A DNA stretch of 64,000 bases. Source: Lachnospiraceae bacterium. GTDB lineage: Bacteria > Bacillota_I > Bacilli_A > RFN20 > CAG-826. The stretch covers positions 5,293 through 69,292 of the forward strand of contig CAVKAR010000004.1 in NCBI GenBank assembly GCA_963654425.1. The letters are read 5' to 3'. Both the position numbers and the translations under genes were made by a program. This document shows, in pieces, positions 17,709-27,296 of this stretch. Each line of letters starts with the position of its first letter. Position 1 is the first letter of the stretch. The notes beneath the pieces were generated by a model that worked only from the letters and a program-made list of their open reading frames with translations, was not told the origin of the DNA and did not search any database.

Positions 17709-19184
17709 TCACATTTTCCCGCGATGTTTTTTGCAGAGATAGACAACGTTGCCATTGCCTAGTTTGCTTATTTGGGCTGGCTCGCCTGAATATAATTTCT
17801 TTTTTCCGCACAAATAGCAGTGCCAGTGTTTCGGGTATGATGTTTCTTCGGAAATCTCTTCCTCGTTTGAGCCTTCTACGGGCTCTTCGTAACAGGCATC
17901 CTCTATATCTTCGTCTAATCCATCGAAGAAAAATCCGTCCTCATCGATTTGGAAATCAAATTCATCATCGACATCATTGCTCGTTTCTGGCAAAGCAGAG
18001 GCGAAAGTAGCGACTTTAGATTTTACGGGCTTTATGAAGGATGAACGCGGATGCGGCCACTCATCCATTTCGTCTTCATCGATGTTATCGAAAGCTCCGG
18101 AAGGCATTTCCTTATTGAAAGAAGCCGTCTTCGATTTGACTCTTTTTACCCCTAAATCCAATTCGTCATCCGCTTCGGATGCTTCCCTGTTTTTCTTCAC
18201 GATAAAAGCAATATTGATATTGCCCTTGTCTTGCGCATCCGTATAAAGGACGTGATCGGGGTAGCGGCTCTCTATTTCCTTAGCGAATGGTTCTTCGACT
18301 GTGTTAGCCAAAAGAATGAGCCAATTGTCATTAGAAAGCCGGCAACCGTTTTGGCGAGTCCTTCTTAGCAATAAATCCAAGCAAGAGTTGCGGGAAGTGT
18401 AGGAGATAACGATTTCCTTTGGGGCGAATCTCACATGTTTCAGCTTGGCTGGTGCTGCCGCTTTCTTTTTGGAAACTCTGTTTTCATACGCTTTTTGAAG
18501 CTCGAGCAAAATCGCTTTTTCGAATTCCTCCCCATCGATTTGGCGAAGCTTTTTCTTTTTTGTTTCCTTGGTGCTGCCGCCTTTTGAGAGATCGGGTAGA
18601 GGTATGGTAGCTATTTTGACTTCGGGCTTTCGGATTTCCTCCTGCTTTTCTATTCTTTCTTGGGCAGCTGTTGGAACGGTAGTTTCGGCAGTCAACGCCT
18701 TTCCACTGTTTTTCGTTTCCTTTTCAGAAGACGTATCGATACGTTCGCCTTTGTCGCCTAATCTATTTCTATCTTCTTCGGATAACAAAGCGAAAAGTTT
18801 GATGAACCAAGGAGTGAAGTAGTTTTTTTCCAAGAACGCCTCTAAATCATCGTGCGGGAGCGAAGTACCATCTTTAGCAACAAGATCTTTGATGGCTGAG
18901 CTCACTATCGCATCGCTGTCGCCGTTATCGAAGCTTGGCTCGGACCTCGTTTTCATTCCATCGACGAGACGGATAAAGGAATAATTTATGCGCACTAACA
19001 AATACGTGTGTTCCGCAACGCGAAAAATGGCGGATTCTTCGTCTATATCCGCAACTTTCATTTTTAGATATCCGCCTGCCGTCGAAAGTATGGCTTGTGA
19101 ATTCCAAAGGACAGGTCCTCTTTCTTTGAAGGGGAGAGATGAGATGAAGTCGATGTATGATTTTGTCAATTCGTAATGGAGCAT
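17709..19184 (-). CDS. Hypothetical protein, 491 aa, with charged low-complexity regions and a C-terminal CxxC...CxxH zinc-ribbon-like tail
   Basis: Long uninterrupted ORF transcribed divergently from the large helicase gene. The tail is HWHCYLCGKKKLYSG...VVYLCKKHRGKM. I recognise no family. Confidence 0.6.
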   Translation of the reverse strand: MLHYELTKSYIDFISSLPFKERGPVLWNSQAILSTAGGYLKMKVADIDEESAIFRVAEHTYLLVRINYSFIRLVDGMKTRSEPSFDNGDSDAIVSSAIKDLVAKDGTSLPHDDLEAFLEKNYFTPWFIKLFALLSEEDRNRLGDKGERIDTSSEKETKNSGKALTAETTVPTAAQERIEKQEEIRKPEVKIATIPLPDLSKGGSTKETKKKKLRQIDGEEFEKAILLELQKAYENRVSKKKAAAPAKLKHVRFAPKEIVISYTSRNSCLDLLLRRTRQNGCRLSNDNWLILLANTVEEPFAKEIESRYPDHVLYTDAQDKGNINIAFIVKKNREASEADDELDLGVKRVKSKTASFNKEMPSGAFDNIDEDEMDEWPHPRSSFIKPVKSKVATFASALPETSNDVDDEFDFQIDEDGFFFDGLDEDIEDACYEEPVEGSNEEEISEETSYPKHWHCYLCGKKKLYSGEPAQISKLGNGNVVYLCKKHRGKM

Positions 19185-19284
19185 AAAATTCTCGCTTATT
19201 TTACCGCTATTGCGCGGATTGATAAATAATGCGATTTCGATTTGCTTAACGCGAAAAAAGTTAGAATTTGCCTTAGTCTAATGA

Positions 19285-22200
19285 ATGCCTTCAACTATAA
19301 TATATGGGCTTATGGAAAAAGGGCTTTCTTCTTTGTCGAATCTAGATATCGGAATCGAGATATCACCAACTTGGAATTACGCTTCGTATCAAGCGGATTT
19401 TTACGCAAAAAGGGAAAGCGGCAGTCTTCGCAGCACCTCATTTTCTTTCATCAAGAGAATAACTATAACGAACAAAAACTCATCGTCTCTTCGTGATTGC
19501 CAGATCCGCTTTTCGGCTTATCCCTCATATTGCTCTATTGAACCTATCAAAATCGATTTTCTTGAACAGGGCAAAAAAACCGAAGTCGATCACTTTTCTT
19601 ACGATATAGATTACGCATCTCTTTATGCTTTGGATGCCTCATTGCCCGGGGAGTTGACGGTTGATTTGGTCAATGAAGGCAACGAGATCATCGCTTCCAA
19701 AAAGGCCTCTTTCCATTACGATGATATCCCGAGCGCTCTTTTTTCAAGCGGTGTGCGTGAGCTTCTTTCTTCTTACTTGACTCCTTCCGACGATAGCCTT
19801 CATCCGATAATCGAAGAGGCCAGTCTATTATTGAAGGATAAGTACGATTCATCTTTCGGCGGCTATTCTTATCGCGATCCAAATAAGGTTATTGAAGAAA
19901 TAGACGCAATCTATCTTGCTCTATCAAACGAAAAGATATCGCTGGCGGCAGGTTCCTCTTCGCCATTGATGTGCCTTAAAAATATTGCTCTTGCATGGCA
20001 ATTATTAGACAAAAAAACTGGAAATTGCGTAGATTTCGCCATTTTATTCGCTTCATTAATTGAAGCTGTATCGCTTAGACCGATTATTATTTTGACAGAT
20101 GAAAAAGCTCTAGTCGGCATATATCTCGATGAGTCGATTTCTTCCTCGCCACTTTTGGATAATGACACAGAGTTGCTCAATCTGGCCTCGAAGGGTTTCA
20201 ATCGCCTCTTGCTCATCGATCCATCTCTTGCTTCCAAGGAAAAAAAGGCCGACTTCTTAAATGCGGTGAATGAAGGCTATAACACTTTGCAGGGCAATCA
20301 TTCGTTTTTGTACGGGATTGATGTTTTCGCATCAAGAAAAGAACATATCTTGCCTCTGCCTACGCCTAGGAAAATAGATGGCGAGCGTAAAATCGACTTT
20401 CCCGATTTCTCTTTCAAAAAAGATTATTTAGCCCCGCGAATCGACATAGACAATCGCCGTTATCTTGACTCTGAGGCCCCATCCAAAAAGAACAAATTCG
20501 ATTATTGGGAGGAGAAGCTGCTCGATTTGTCGATGAGCAACCGCCTAATCAATATGCGTTTCTCCAATCTTTTCCCCCAAGTTTTGAATCTTGACTCTGA
20601 GGCTCTTTTCTCGACCCTTTGCAAAAACAATAAAGTCTCGGCGCTTTCATCGGCGGATATTTCTCCAATCAAAGATGAGAGAAATGCCCCTGCGTTCTTT
20701 TCTAGCGCTGATAAAAATCGCTTCAGCGACTATTTGGGCAAAAAGACCCTTTGCTTTGTTTCAAAAGAAGGATCGCCTGACGACTATTTGAAAAACCTTG
20801 CCCGCAAAGCGAACACCGCCATTGAGGAGAGTGGGTGCAATCCGCTCTTTCTTACGATTGGTTTAATAAAATGGTTTGATAATGAGAAAGCTGCTTTGCA
20901 CGGAAAAGGCGCGATATATTCCCCGCTTTTTCTCTTGCCAGTCAAAATGCCAAGGAGGAAGGTCGGGACTGCCTTCAGTCTTGAATACAACATTGATGAC
21001 CTTGGCTTGAATACCACGATTTTCGAGTATTTCCGCGAAAATTTCGATCTGGATTTCACACCGATTTTCGGCGAGCTCAGCAAGACGTCGAAAAGCGAGC
21101 CGGACTTGCGCCTTATCTTCAATTTCATTCGCGAACGCATCGCTTCCTTCAAAGGGTGGGCGCTTCTTGAAGAACCATGTTCATTATCCTTGTTCTCATT
21201 TGCTCGTTTTGTTATGTGGAGCGATATAAAAACGCATCGGGAAAAGATGATGAAGAATCCTGTCATATCGTCTTTCGTGAATGGGTTCAATGAACTCAGC
21301 GGTGGAGACTTGAGCGCGAATCATGAAATCGATGACGACGCCCCGTCTTCTTCTTTAGCGATCCCTTTGCCAGCCGATTCAAGCCAAATTGAGGCTATAA
21401 GAGGCAGCGCAAACGGGGTATCGTTCATTTTGGATGGCCCGCCAGGAACGGGCAAAAGCCAAACGATCGCAAACATGATCACGAATGCCTTGTATCATGG
21501 CAAAAGCGTTTTGTTCGTTGCGGAAAAAGGCGTTGCTCTCGAAGTCGTAAAAAAGAGATTGGATGCATTGGGAATCGGCAAGTTCTGCTTGACTATCCCT
21601 TCCATAAACACGGCCAAAGGAGATGTTTTGGCTTCCTTGGGGGAAATGCTTGAATTGGGTCAAGTGGAAAGCCCACAGGATTTCAGCCTCCAATCTTCCT
21701 TGGTCGATGAAAAGAGAAATAAACTAAACGAAGACCTATATGCCATCCATAAAAAGGGGTCATATGTTTTTTCGCCATATGATGCCATTATAAATTATCT
21801 GCGCCTTTCCTCTTACAAGGGCGAGTATGAAACGAGCGGCGATTATGCCCTTTCTTTGACCAGCGCTGATTTCGAATCAGCGCAAAGCGAATTAAACAAT
21901 CTAGCAAGCCAAGGTGCGCAATTAGGCGGGTATCACGGGAACTCTTTCTTGCCGTTTGCCTCGCGCGACTACTCTATTGAAACGAGAGACTCTTTGTTTG
22001 AGAAAATCCCGCCTTTAATTGCCGATCTCAAGTCATTCCATATAGCGATTTATAATTGCTTCTTCAAAGATAAAGGTTTGGCGGAAACAAGGGCCAATCT
22101 CGATCTTTATTATCAGATAGTCAAAATACTTCAGGACGATTCTCTTCTTTTCCTAGATTATTTAAGCGATGATAGTTTTGTAGAGAAGAAGGCGGAAATG

Positions 22201-25176
22201 CAGGGATATCTGCTTTTGCTAGGTCAAATATGCAAGGCAAAAGAGAATTTGTCGGAATCATGGGAAGATGCCTTTTTCAAGCTAAACGGCGAAACGCTGC
22301 TTGCTAAAAAGAGAGCCATCAAACGCGCCGGCTTATTCGAAAAACATCGTTTGATATCTTCTTTGCGCAAGAGCCTGAAACCTCTCGCCAAAGACAAAAA
22401 AGTCTTAAGAAAAGAGGCACTTGAGAAATCGCTCGAGGCTTTAATCGAATGCCAGCGTCTTGAAGAAGACGCAGAACGCTTTGATCCATATGCAAAATAT
22501 GTGTTTTCGAAGTCGCATTTGAATTCCTCAAAGGACGTTGAGAATGAAATCGCCAGATATGATCGCACATTGAAAGTCATCGAAATTAAGAAAAACTTCC
22601 GTTTGCCTAAGCAATCTTCGGCAACGGATATCGATGACGCCATTCGCCATTTATCAACGAACAGGGAATATCTTTTTTCCAAAGCCAGAATGAGCTTCAT
22701 CTCATCTTATGATGCTCTTAAAACGAAGCTTGCCGAATTAAAACAATCGTTTGGGTTCGACATATCGAATTACGATGACTGCTTCGATTTCTATCTTCAC
22801 GCCTCTTCTTCCTTATCTGATGCGTATTCAAGCAAAGGAAGATTGTCGGAGTGGACGAATTTGCTTGCGACATTGGATCGAACCTCAAAATTGGTCCCCA
22901 ATGAACTCATCGAACTATACCGCGAGGGCAAAATCAAAGAAGATGCCCTTTTGCCATCTTACATTTCGTCGCTTTCTTATCGCATCTTGTCGGATTCGCT
23001 CGGCAAAGCAGGATTATCCACGATCAATTCCAAAGATACGAAAGACGAAATCGATCGTTATAAAAAAGCGATTGATGATTTTTCGAGAACAAGCGTCATA
23101 GAAACGGTCTCTCGCATCACGAGTTTATATCCTTCGGCGAAGGCAAGCGCCCCATCGACGGATATTTATCAGTTCCGGAAGCTCATAAAGAATGGTGGAC
23201 GCGGCGTATCGCTTCGCCAGATTTTTGACCATTTTGGCACGCTTGTCAGAACCCTTTGCCCATGTTTTTTGATGTCTCCGGCTTCCGTTGCTCAATATTT
23301 GGATATCGATTCCTATAATTTCGATCTGGTCATTTTTGATGAAGCCAGCCAAATTCCGACAAGCGAGGCTATCGGATCTATAGCAAGAGGGAAGACCACG
23401 ATTATCGCGGGCGATCAAGAGCAGATGCCGCCAACCAATTTCTTCATGGCTAGCGGCGGTCATTCTTCTGATCCGTCGCTTATTTCCAATATGACGGAGG
23501 ATTTGGAAAGCCTTCTTGATGACGCGATCGCTTTGGGCCTCCCACGAAAGAAACTGACTTGGCATTATCGCAGCCGCCATGAATCCCTAATTGCCTTTTC
23601 CAACAATAAGTTCTACGCCAACAATTTGCTCACTTTCCCTTCTCCCGCTAACGAAAAAGGATCGGTATCGAGTGTCTTTGTTGGCGGCAAATACGAGATG
23701 AAACGAGGCATTAACCGCAAAGAGGCTTCGGCTGTCGTTGATGAAATAATCAAAAGGGCATCAGATCCGCTTTTATCGAATTATTCAATTGGCGTTGTGA
23801 CCTTCAATGAGGCTCAGCAAAATTTGATTGAAGATCTTTTGGACAAAAAAATGCCATATGGAGATGGGCGCAAGCTCGGTGGCGAGGATATTTTCGTGAA
23901 GAATCTTGAAAACGTGCAAGGGGACGAACGTGACGTTATTCTCTTCTCGACAACCTATGCTCCGAAAGACGATGGGAAACTTTCGCTGAATTTCGGGCCT
24001 TTGAGCCGCGAAAAAGGCGAGCGCCGTTTGAACGTCGCTATAACTAGAGCCAGAGAGGAAATGATCGTTTTCACTTCGATGAGGCCAAGGGACATCGACG
24101 CTGAGAAAGCCAAGAATGCCGGAGCTTCATATTTGCGCAGCTTCTTGCTTTTTGCCGAAACGGGTCTCTCATCTCTTCCAAACAATATCGCGAGTCATAT
24201 TTCCTTGCCGTCTTTAAGCGTTGCCAATTTCATCGCAAACGATCTCAAACGCCTTGGTTATCGCGTTGAAACGAACATCGGCTCCTCCTCTTTCAAAGTC
24301 GATGTCGCCGTTGGAAGCCGTGAGGATAAAAACCGCTATACGCTTGGAATTTTGGTCGATGGCGATTCGTACTGCTCTTCGCCGACTTGCCGTGATCGCA
24401 ATATCGTTGAACCGGGCATTTTGACTAACCTAGGATGGAATTTATATTGGGTTTGGAGCGTCGAATATCTCGATCACCCACAGGAAGTGATCAAGAATAT
24501 CGTCAATGTTATCAATAGCTCGAATAGTGAGAGAAGAACATTGAAGCAAAACGATATTTCCTTCGATGATCCTATGACATTCGCGAAAAAAGAAGTGATT
24601 TCGCACCCTTACGCTATCCCTTATTCGAGAAGGAAACTCTCTCCATTGCTGCCTGACGATTTCTCCAATAAGGCCGCTTCTACGCGGATGGTCGCCGATT
24701 TTATAGCCGATGTTTTGCATGATGAAACGCCTATTTCCGAAAGGCTTTTGAAAGAACGTATCCGCGAGGCATACGGTTTAAGCAGAATCGGCCCTAATGT
24801 CAGCGATGTCATAAACTTGGCCATCAACGAAATCGGGCCAATGAAAGAAATAAGAGGCGGCGTGATCTTTTATTGGGATAAGGAAAGAAAGATCGAAGAA
24901 TATCGCTATTACAGACTCAACGATGCCGATAATCACCGCGAAATTAGTGATATTTCCTTCATCGAACTAGGCAACGCCATCGCCGATATTTTGCTAGAGC
25001 AGGGAAAAATGACCACCATCGATCTCTTTAAGCAAGTCAATTCATTATTCGGGTTCACGACCTTGAAAGAGAAAGCCCGCAAACACTTGGAATTAGCTTT
25101 GAAGGCAAACGCGAATCAAAGATTGGGCATCGTTGTGGAAGACGGATATGCTGCCATAAAAAACAAAGGACAATAG
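19285..25176 (+). CDS. DUF4011-type Upf1-like SF1 helicase fused to a Vsr/DUF559-fold endonuclease and a DUF3320-like C-terminus
   Basis: WEEKLLDLSMSNRLINMRF (DUF4011-like, about nt 20490-20570). Walker A GPPGTGKSQT (21436..). DEASQ (23338..), GDQEQMPP, YRSRHESL, QGDERDVILFS, NVAITRAREE. Nuclease-fold block FKVDVAV...GILVDGDSY...RDR...LGWNLYWVWS (about 24240-24480). An alternative start at ATG 19312 sits 10 nt after TATAAT 19296..19301. Confidence 0.8.
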   Translation: MPSTIIYGLMEKGLSSLSNLDIGIEISPTWNYASYQADFYAKRESGSLRSTSFSFIKRITITNKNSSSLRDCQIRFSAYPSYCSIEPIKIDFLEQGKKTEVDHFSYDIDYASLYALDASLPGELTVDLVNEGNEIIASKKASFHYDDIPSALFSSGVRELLSSYLTPSDDSLHPIIEEASLLLKDKYDSSFGGYSYRDPNKVIEEIDAIYLALSNEKISLAAGSSSPLMCLKNIALAWQLLDKKTGNCVDFAILFASLIEAVSLRPIIILTDEKALVGIYLDESISSSPLLDNDTELLNLASKGFNRLLLIDPSLASKEKKADFLNAVNEGYNTLQGNHSFLYGIDVFASRKEHILPLPTPRKIDGERKIDFPDFSFKKDYLAPRIDIDNRRYLDSEAPSKKNKFDYWEEKLLDLSMSNRLINMRFSNLFPQVLNLDSEALFSTLCKNNKVSALSSADISPIKDERNAPAFFSSADKNRFSDYLGKKTLCFVSKEGSPDDYLKNLARKANTAIEESGCNPLFLTIGLIKWFDNEKAALHGKGAIYSPLFLLPVKMPRRKVGTAFSLEYNIDDLGLNTTIFEYFRENFDLDFTPIFGELSKTSKSEPDLRLIFNFIRERIASFKGWALLEEPCSLSLFSFARFVMWSDIKTHREKMMKNPVISSFVNGFNELSGGDLSANHEIDDDAPSSSLAIPLPADSSQIEAIRGSANGVSFILDGPPGTGKSQTIANMITNALYHGKSVLFVAEKGVALEVVKKRLDALGIGKFCLTIPSINTAKGDVLASLGEMLELGQVESPQDFSLQSSLVDEKRNKLNEDLYAIHKKGSYVFSPYDAIINYLRLSSYKGEYETSGDYALSLTSADFESAQSELNNLASQGAQLGGYHGNSFLPFASRDYSIETRDSLFEKIPPLIADLKSFHIAIYNCFFKDKGLAETRANLDLYYQIVKILQDDSLLFLDYLSDDSFVEKKAEMQGYLLLLGQICKAKENLSESWEDAFFKLNGETLLAKKRAIKRAGLFEKHRLISSLRKSLKPLAKDKKVLRKEALEKSLEALIECQRLEEDAERFDPYAKYVFSKSHLNSSKDVENEIARYDRTLKVIEIKKNFRLPKQSSATDIDDAIRHLSTNREYLFSKARMSFISSYDALKTKLAELKQSFGFDISNYDDCFDFYLHASSSLSDAYSSKGRLSEWTNLLATLDRTSKLVPNELIELYREGKIKEDALLPSYISSLSYRILSDSLGKAGLSTINSKDTKDEIDRYKKAIDDFSRTSVIETVSRITSLYPSAKASAPSTDIYQFRKLIKNGGRGVSLRQIFDHFGTLVRTLCPCFLMSPASVAQYLDIDSYNFDLVIFDEASQIPTSEAIGSIARGKTTIIAGDQEQMPPTNFFMASGGHSSDPSLISNMTEDLESLLDDAIALGLPRKKLTWHYRSRHESLIAFSNNKFYANNLLTFPSPANEKGSVSSVFVGGKYEMKRGINRKEASAVVDEIIKRASDPLLSNYSIGVVTFNEAQQNLIEDLLDKKMPYGDGRKLGGEDIFVKNLENVQGDERDVILFSTTYAPKDDGKLSLNFGPLSREKGERRLNVAITRAREEMIVFTSMRPRDIDAEKAKNAGASYLRSFLLFAETGLSSLPNNIASHISLPSLSVANFIANDLKRLGYRVETNIGSSSFKVDVAVGSREDKNRYTLGILVDGDSYCSSPTCRDRNIVEPGILTNLGWNLYWVWSVEYLDHPQEVIKNIVNVINSSNSERRTLKQNDISFDDPMTFAKKEVISHPYAIPYSRRKLSPLLPDDFSNKAASTRMVADFIADVLHDETPISERLLKERIREAYGLSRIGPNVSDVINLAINEIGPMKEIRGGVIFYWDKERKIEEYRYYRLNDADNHREISDISFIELGNAIADILLEQGKMTTIDLFKQVNSLFGFTTLKEKARKHLELALKANANQRLGIVVEDGYAAIKNKGQ

Positions 25177-25178
25177 AC

Positions 25179-25688
25179 ATGGAAAGCAAATGGTTAGAAA
25201 TACGCTCGAAGTTTAATCCGAGAGAGATTCTCGCTCATGATGAGAAAGACGAATTTTTGTATTGCTCCCATTATGTCGCTTCCCCTTTTGGCCAAGAGGA
25301 AAAAGAGGAAGGGGAGTGGCTCTCATCTTCGAAAAATGAATTATTCGCCTATTTCAAGGAGATAGTCCTGAGAGAAATGCTGTTCGAGGATTACGTTAAT
25401 GGGGACGCTGCCCCTGAACTTCAGAAATACGATTTCGATACGATATTGTCCACATTGATTGAAGGGGCTAAAAAAGGCGAATTGGATGGGTGGCACGATG
25501 GAGTGACAACGCTTTTGGAAATCGATGAATGGAGCAAAAACAGCGAAAACATAGATTACGTGAATTTGGAGGGAATTTTGCGTAAGCATGATTTGAACCT
25601 GCACGTGGAGTATTTCTCTTCTTTGGAAGAGGCAAAGAAAACCGAAGGAAATAAAAAAGAACTGCTAAACGAGTTTCTTAGCCGCTAA
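25179..25688 (+). CDS. Hypothetical small acidic protein (169 aa)
   Basis: Starts 3 nt after the helicase stop. Very rich in Glu/Asp. The 3' end overlaps the convergent gene by 24 nt. No recognisable motif. Confidence 0.55.
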   Translation: MESKWLEIRSKFNPREILAHDEKDEFLYCSHYVASPFGQEEKEEGEWLSSSKNELFAYFKEIVLREMLFEDYVNGDAAPELQKYDFDTILSTLIEGAKKGELDGWHDGVTTLLEIDEWSKNSENIDYVNLEGILRKHDLNLHVEYFSSLEEAKKTEGNKKELLNEFLSR

Positions 25689-26759
25689 AGACCTCAAATT
25701 TTCATCGCTTAAAATACTCAATAACTCAGGAACCGACTTTATTTTTACCTTCTTCAAGGAGAAATGGAGAGCGTTAATCAAAGAATCGGTTTCGTTTTTG
25801 CTTCTGCGGTAATTTTCATCAGTGGATCCCTTATACTCTTCGTCGATTAAAATGATAAGCGCGCGCCGCAAAAGGGAAAGGATGCTTTTCTCAATCCAAT
25901 ATGATGTCTCCGTCTTTTTGAATGAAGAAAAAAGCGGAACGAAACGAAGGTAGGAAAAAAGCCCATCGAATGGCAAATGCCATATATCGGCAAAAGCGTA
26001 ATCGAAGTCACCATCCTTCATCGCTTCGGCAAATTCGTAAGCGTCGGATTTTATAATGCTGATTTTTGTTTTGCTCTGAAATTGCGGAAAGATGAATTTA
26101 TCAAATAATTCAATGCATTTTTCGTCTTTTTCGACAATTGTTATAGACTCCACGTTTTCTTTGAGCGATACGCTGAAAGGATAATATCCCAGCCCTAGGC
26201 CAAAGGTGATGACTCTGCCTCTGCTTTTGTTTATATCATCCTTCATCGTGTTGATCTCATGCGGTGTGACGCTCATCCACGTTTTGTCGTTTTGAATAAC
26301 TTCGATATAGCGGAATCTCTTTAAAAAGAACCCGAATTGATTGATTTCTTTGTAATATTCATTTTCTTTGACTCTTATTTCGTCACTCAGCATTCCTTCG
26401 AAAGGCTCATAAAAAGAAGTTCTGAGTTTCCAATCTCCTAATGCGATGTCTGGGAAATTTATTGTTTGCCAATATGGATCTTTCTCGTATTCGAATGAAT
26501 CGAGAACGATTACATCATTCCTGGTTTCATCGATAAAATTGCCGATTCCGCATTTCATTAAACATTTTTTCGATTCCTGGAGGAATGCTTTTTTCGCTTC
26601 GCGCCCATTTTTGTATGCTTTCTCGCAACTGGAAAACATTGCTTTGTTTCGGGATGACAAATAATCGTTAAAGGCATTGGCGTTGAATTCATTCAAGTCC
26701 ATCGCCTCCACTAATCTGTGTATGGCCTCTTTTATTTCTTTGCCGTGCGCGATATCCAT
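25665..26759 (-). CDS. Class I SAM-dependent methyltransferase / spermidine-synthase-like fold protein
   Basis: WMSVTPHEI...RVITFGLGLGYY (GxGxG), IVEKD, ...FADIWH follows a Rossmann-MTase order. The N-terminal 170 aa are unassigned. Confidence 0.5.
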   Translation of the reverse strand: MDIAHGKEIKEAIHRLVEAMDLNEFNANAFNDYLSSRNKAMFSSCEKAYKNGREAKKAFLQESKKCLMKCGIGNFIDETRNDVIVLDSFEYEKDPYWQTINFPDIALGDWKLRTSFYEPFEGMLSDEIRVKENEYYKEINQFGFFLKRFRYIEVIQNDKTWMSVTPHEINTMKDDINKSRGRVITFGLGLGYYPFSVSLKENVESITIVEKDEKCIELFDKFIFPQFQSKTKISIIKSDAYEFAEAMKDGDFDYAFADIWHLPFDGLFSYLRFVPLFSSFKKTETSYWIEKSILSLLRRALIILIDEEYKGSTDENYRRSKNETDSLINALHFSLKKVKIKSVPELLSILSDENLRSLAAKKLV

Positions 26760-26766
26760 CCGCTAC

Positions 26767-26772
26767 ATTTTA
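26767..26772 (-). promoter_or_regulatory. -10 box TAAAAT, 7 nt upstream of ATG 26759 (leaderless-type)
   Basis: The minus strand reads TAAAAT, GTAGCGG, ATG. No SD. Confidence 0.3.
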
Positions 26773-26807
26773 AAAACTCATAGCCCTCACTGCATCTATT
26801 TTCGATT

Positions 26808-27233
26808 ATGATTATTCGGATGAGCAGAGATTCTAAGATTATTTTGACGACGATGACAATGGTCTATCGCGCTGATGGCAGCTTTCTTGTTGAAGAAAGA
26901 AAAAAGAACGATTGGCCAGGGATTAACTTTCCAGGCGGCCATGTTGAAGACGACGAATCGATAGAGGATTCCGCCAAACGAGAGATCAAAGAAGAGACTG
27001 GGTTAAACATCTATGAGTTGGAAGATATGGGAATTTTCGAATGGAACATACCGAATGATCGCGTGAGGCATCTTTGCATCATATATCGGACCAATAAATA
27101 TAGCGGCGAACTGATTTCGAGCGACGAGGGATCCGTTTTTTGGATGAAGAAGGAAGATCTCCGTTTTTATAAGCTGAGCACCGACTTCGATAAAGTATTG
27201 GAAAAAGCGAGCGTCGGCCTTTTCATGAAATGA
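26808..27233 (+). CDS. NUDIX hydrolase
   Basis: Nudix box GGHVEDDESIEDSAKREIKEETGL (Gx5Ex7REUxEExGU). Confidence 0.85.
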   Translation: MIIRMSRDSKIILTTMTMVYRADGSFLVEERKKNDWPGINFPGGHVEDDESIEDSAKREIKEETGLNIYELEDMGIFEWNIPNDRVRHLCIIYRTNKYSGELISSDEGSVFWMKKEDLRFYKLSTDFDKVLEKASVGLFMK

Positions 27234-27281
27234 ATTTATTTGCGCGCAACTTCTGTGCCTATGCGCGCGTTTACGCATTTG

Positions 27282-27290
27282 TGATATAGT
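27282..27290 (+). promoter_or_regulatory. Extended -10 box TGATATAGT, 6 nt upstream of ATG 27297 (leaderless-type)
   Basis: TGATATAGT, TTACGC, ATG. No SD. Flanked by the direct repeat GTTTACGCAT (27269..27278 and 27289..27298). Confidence 0.35.
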
Positions 27291-27296
27291 TTACGC

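Noticed and set aside
19950-20150. An active transglutaminase-like cysteine protease domain in the helicase N-terminus
   Set aside because: Only the G-N-C-V-D-F-A Cys motif is visible. The expected downstream His (H-x-W) and Asp are not evident (the sequence reads KALVGIYLDE). I report it only as an unexplained module, not as a domain call.
20784-21290. 168-aa minus-strand ORF, with similar ones at 19911..20237, 22224..22700 and 23125..23580, all inside the helicase gene
   Set aside because: They lie entirely antisense to a gene with strong motif support, have low-complexity or basic composition with no motifs, and lack SD or promoter context. They are typical shadow ORFs.
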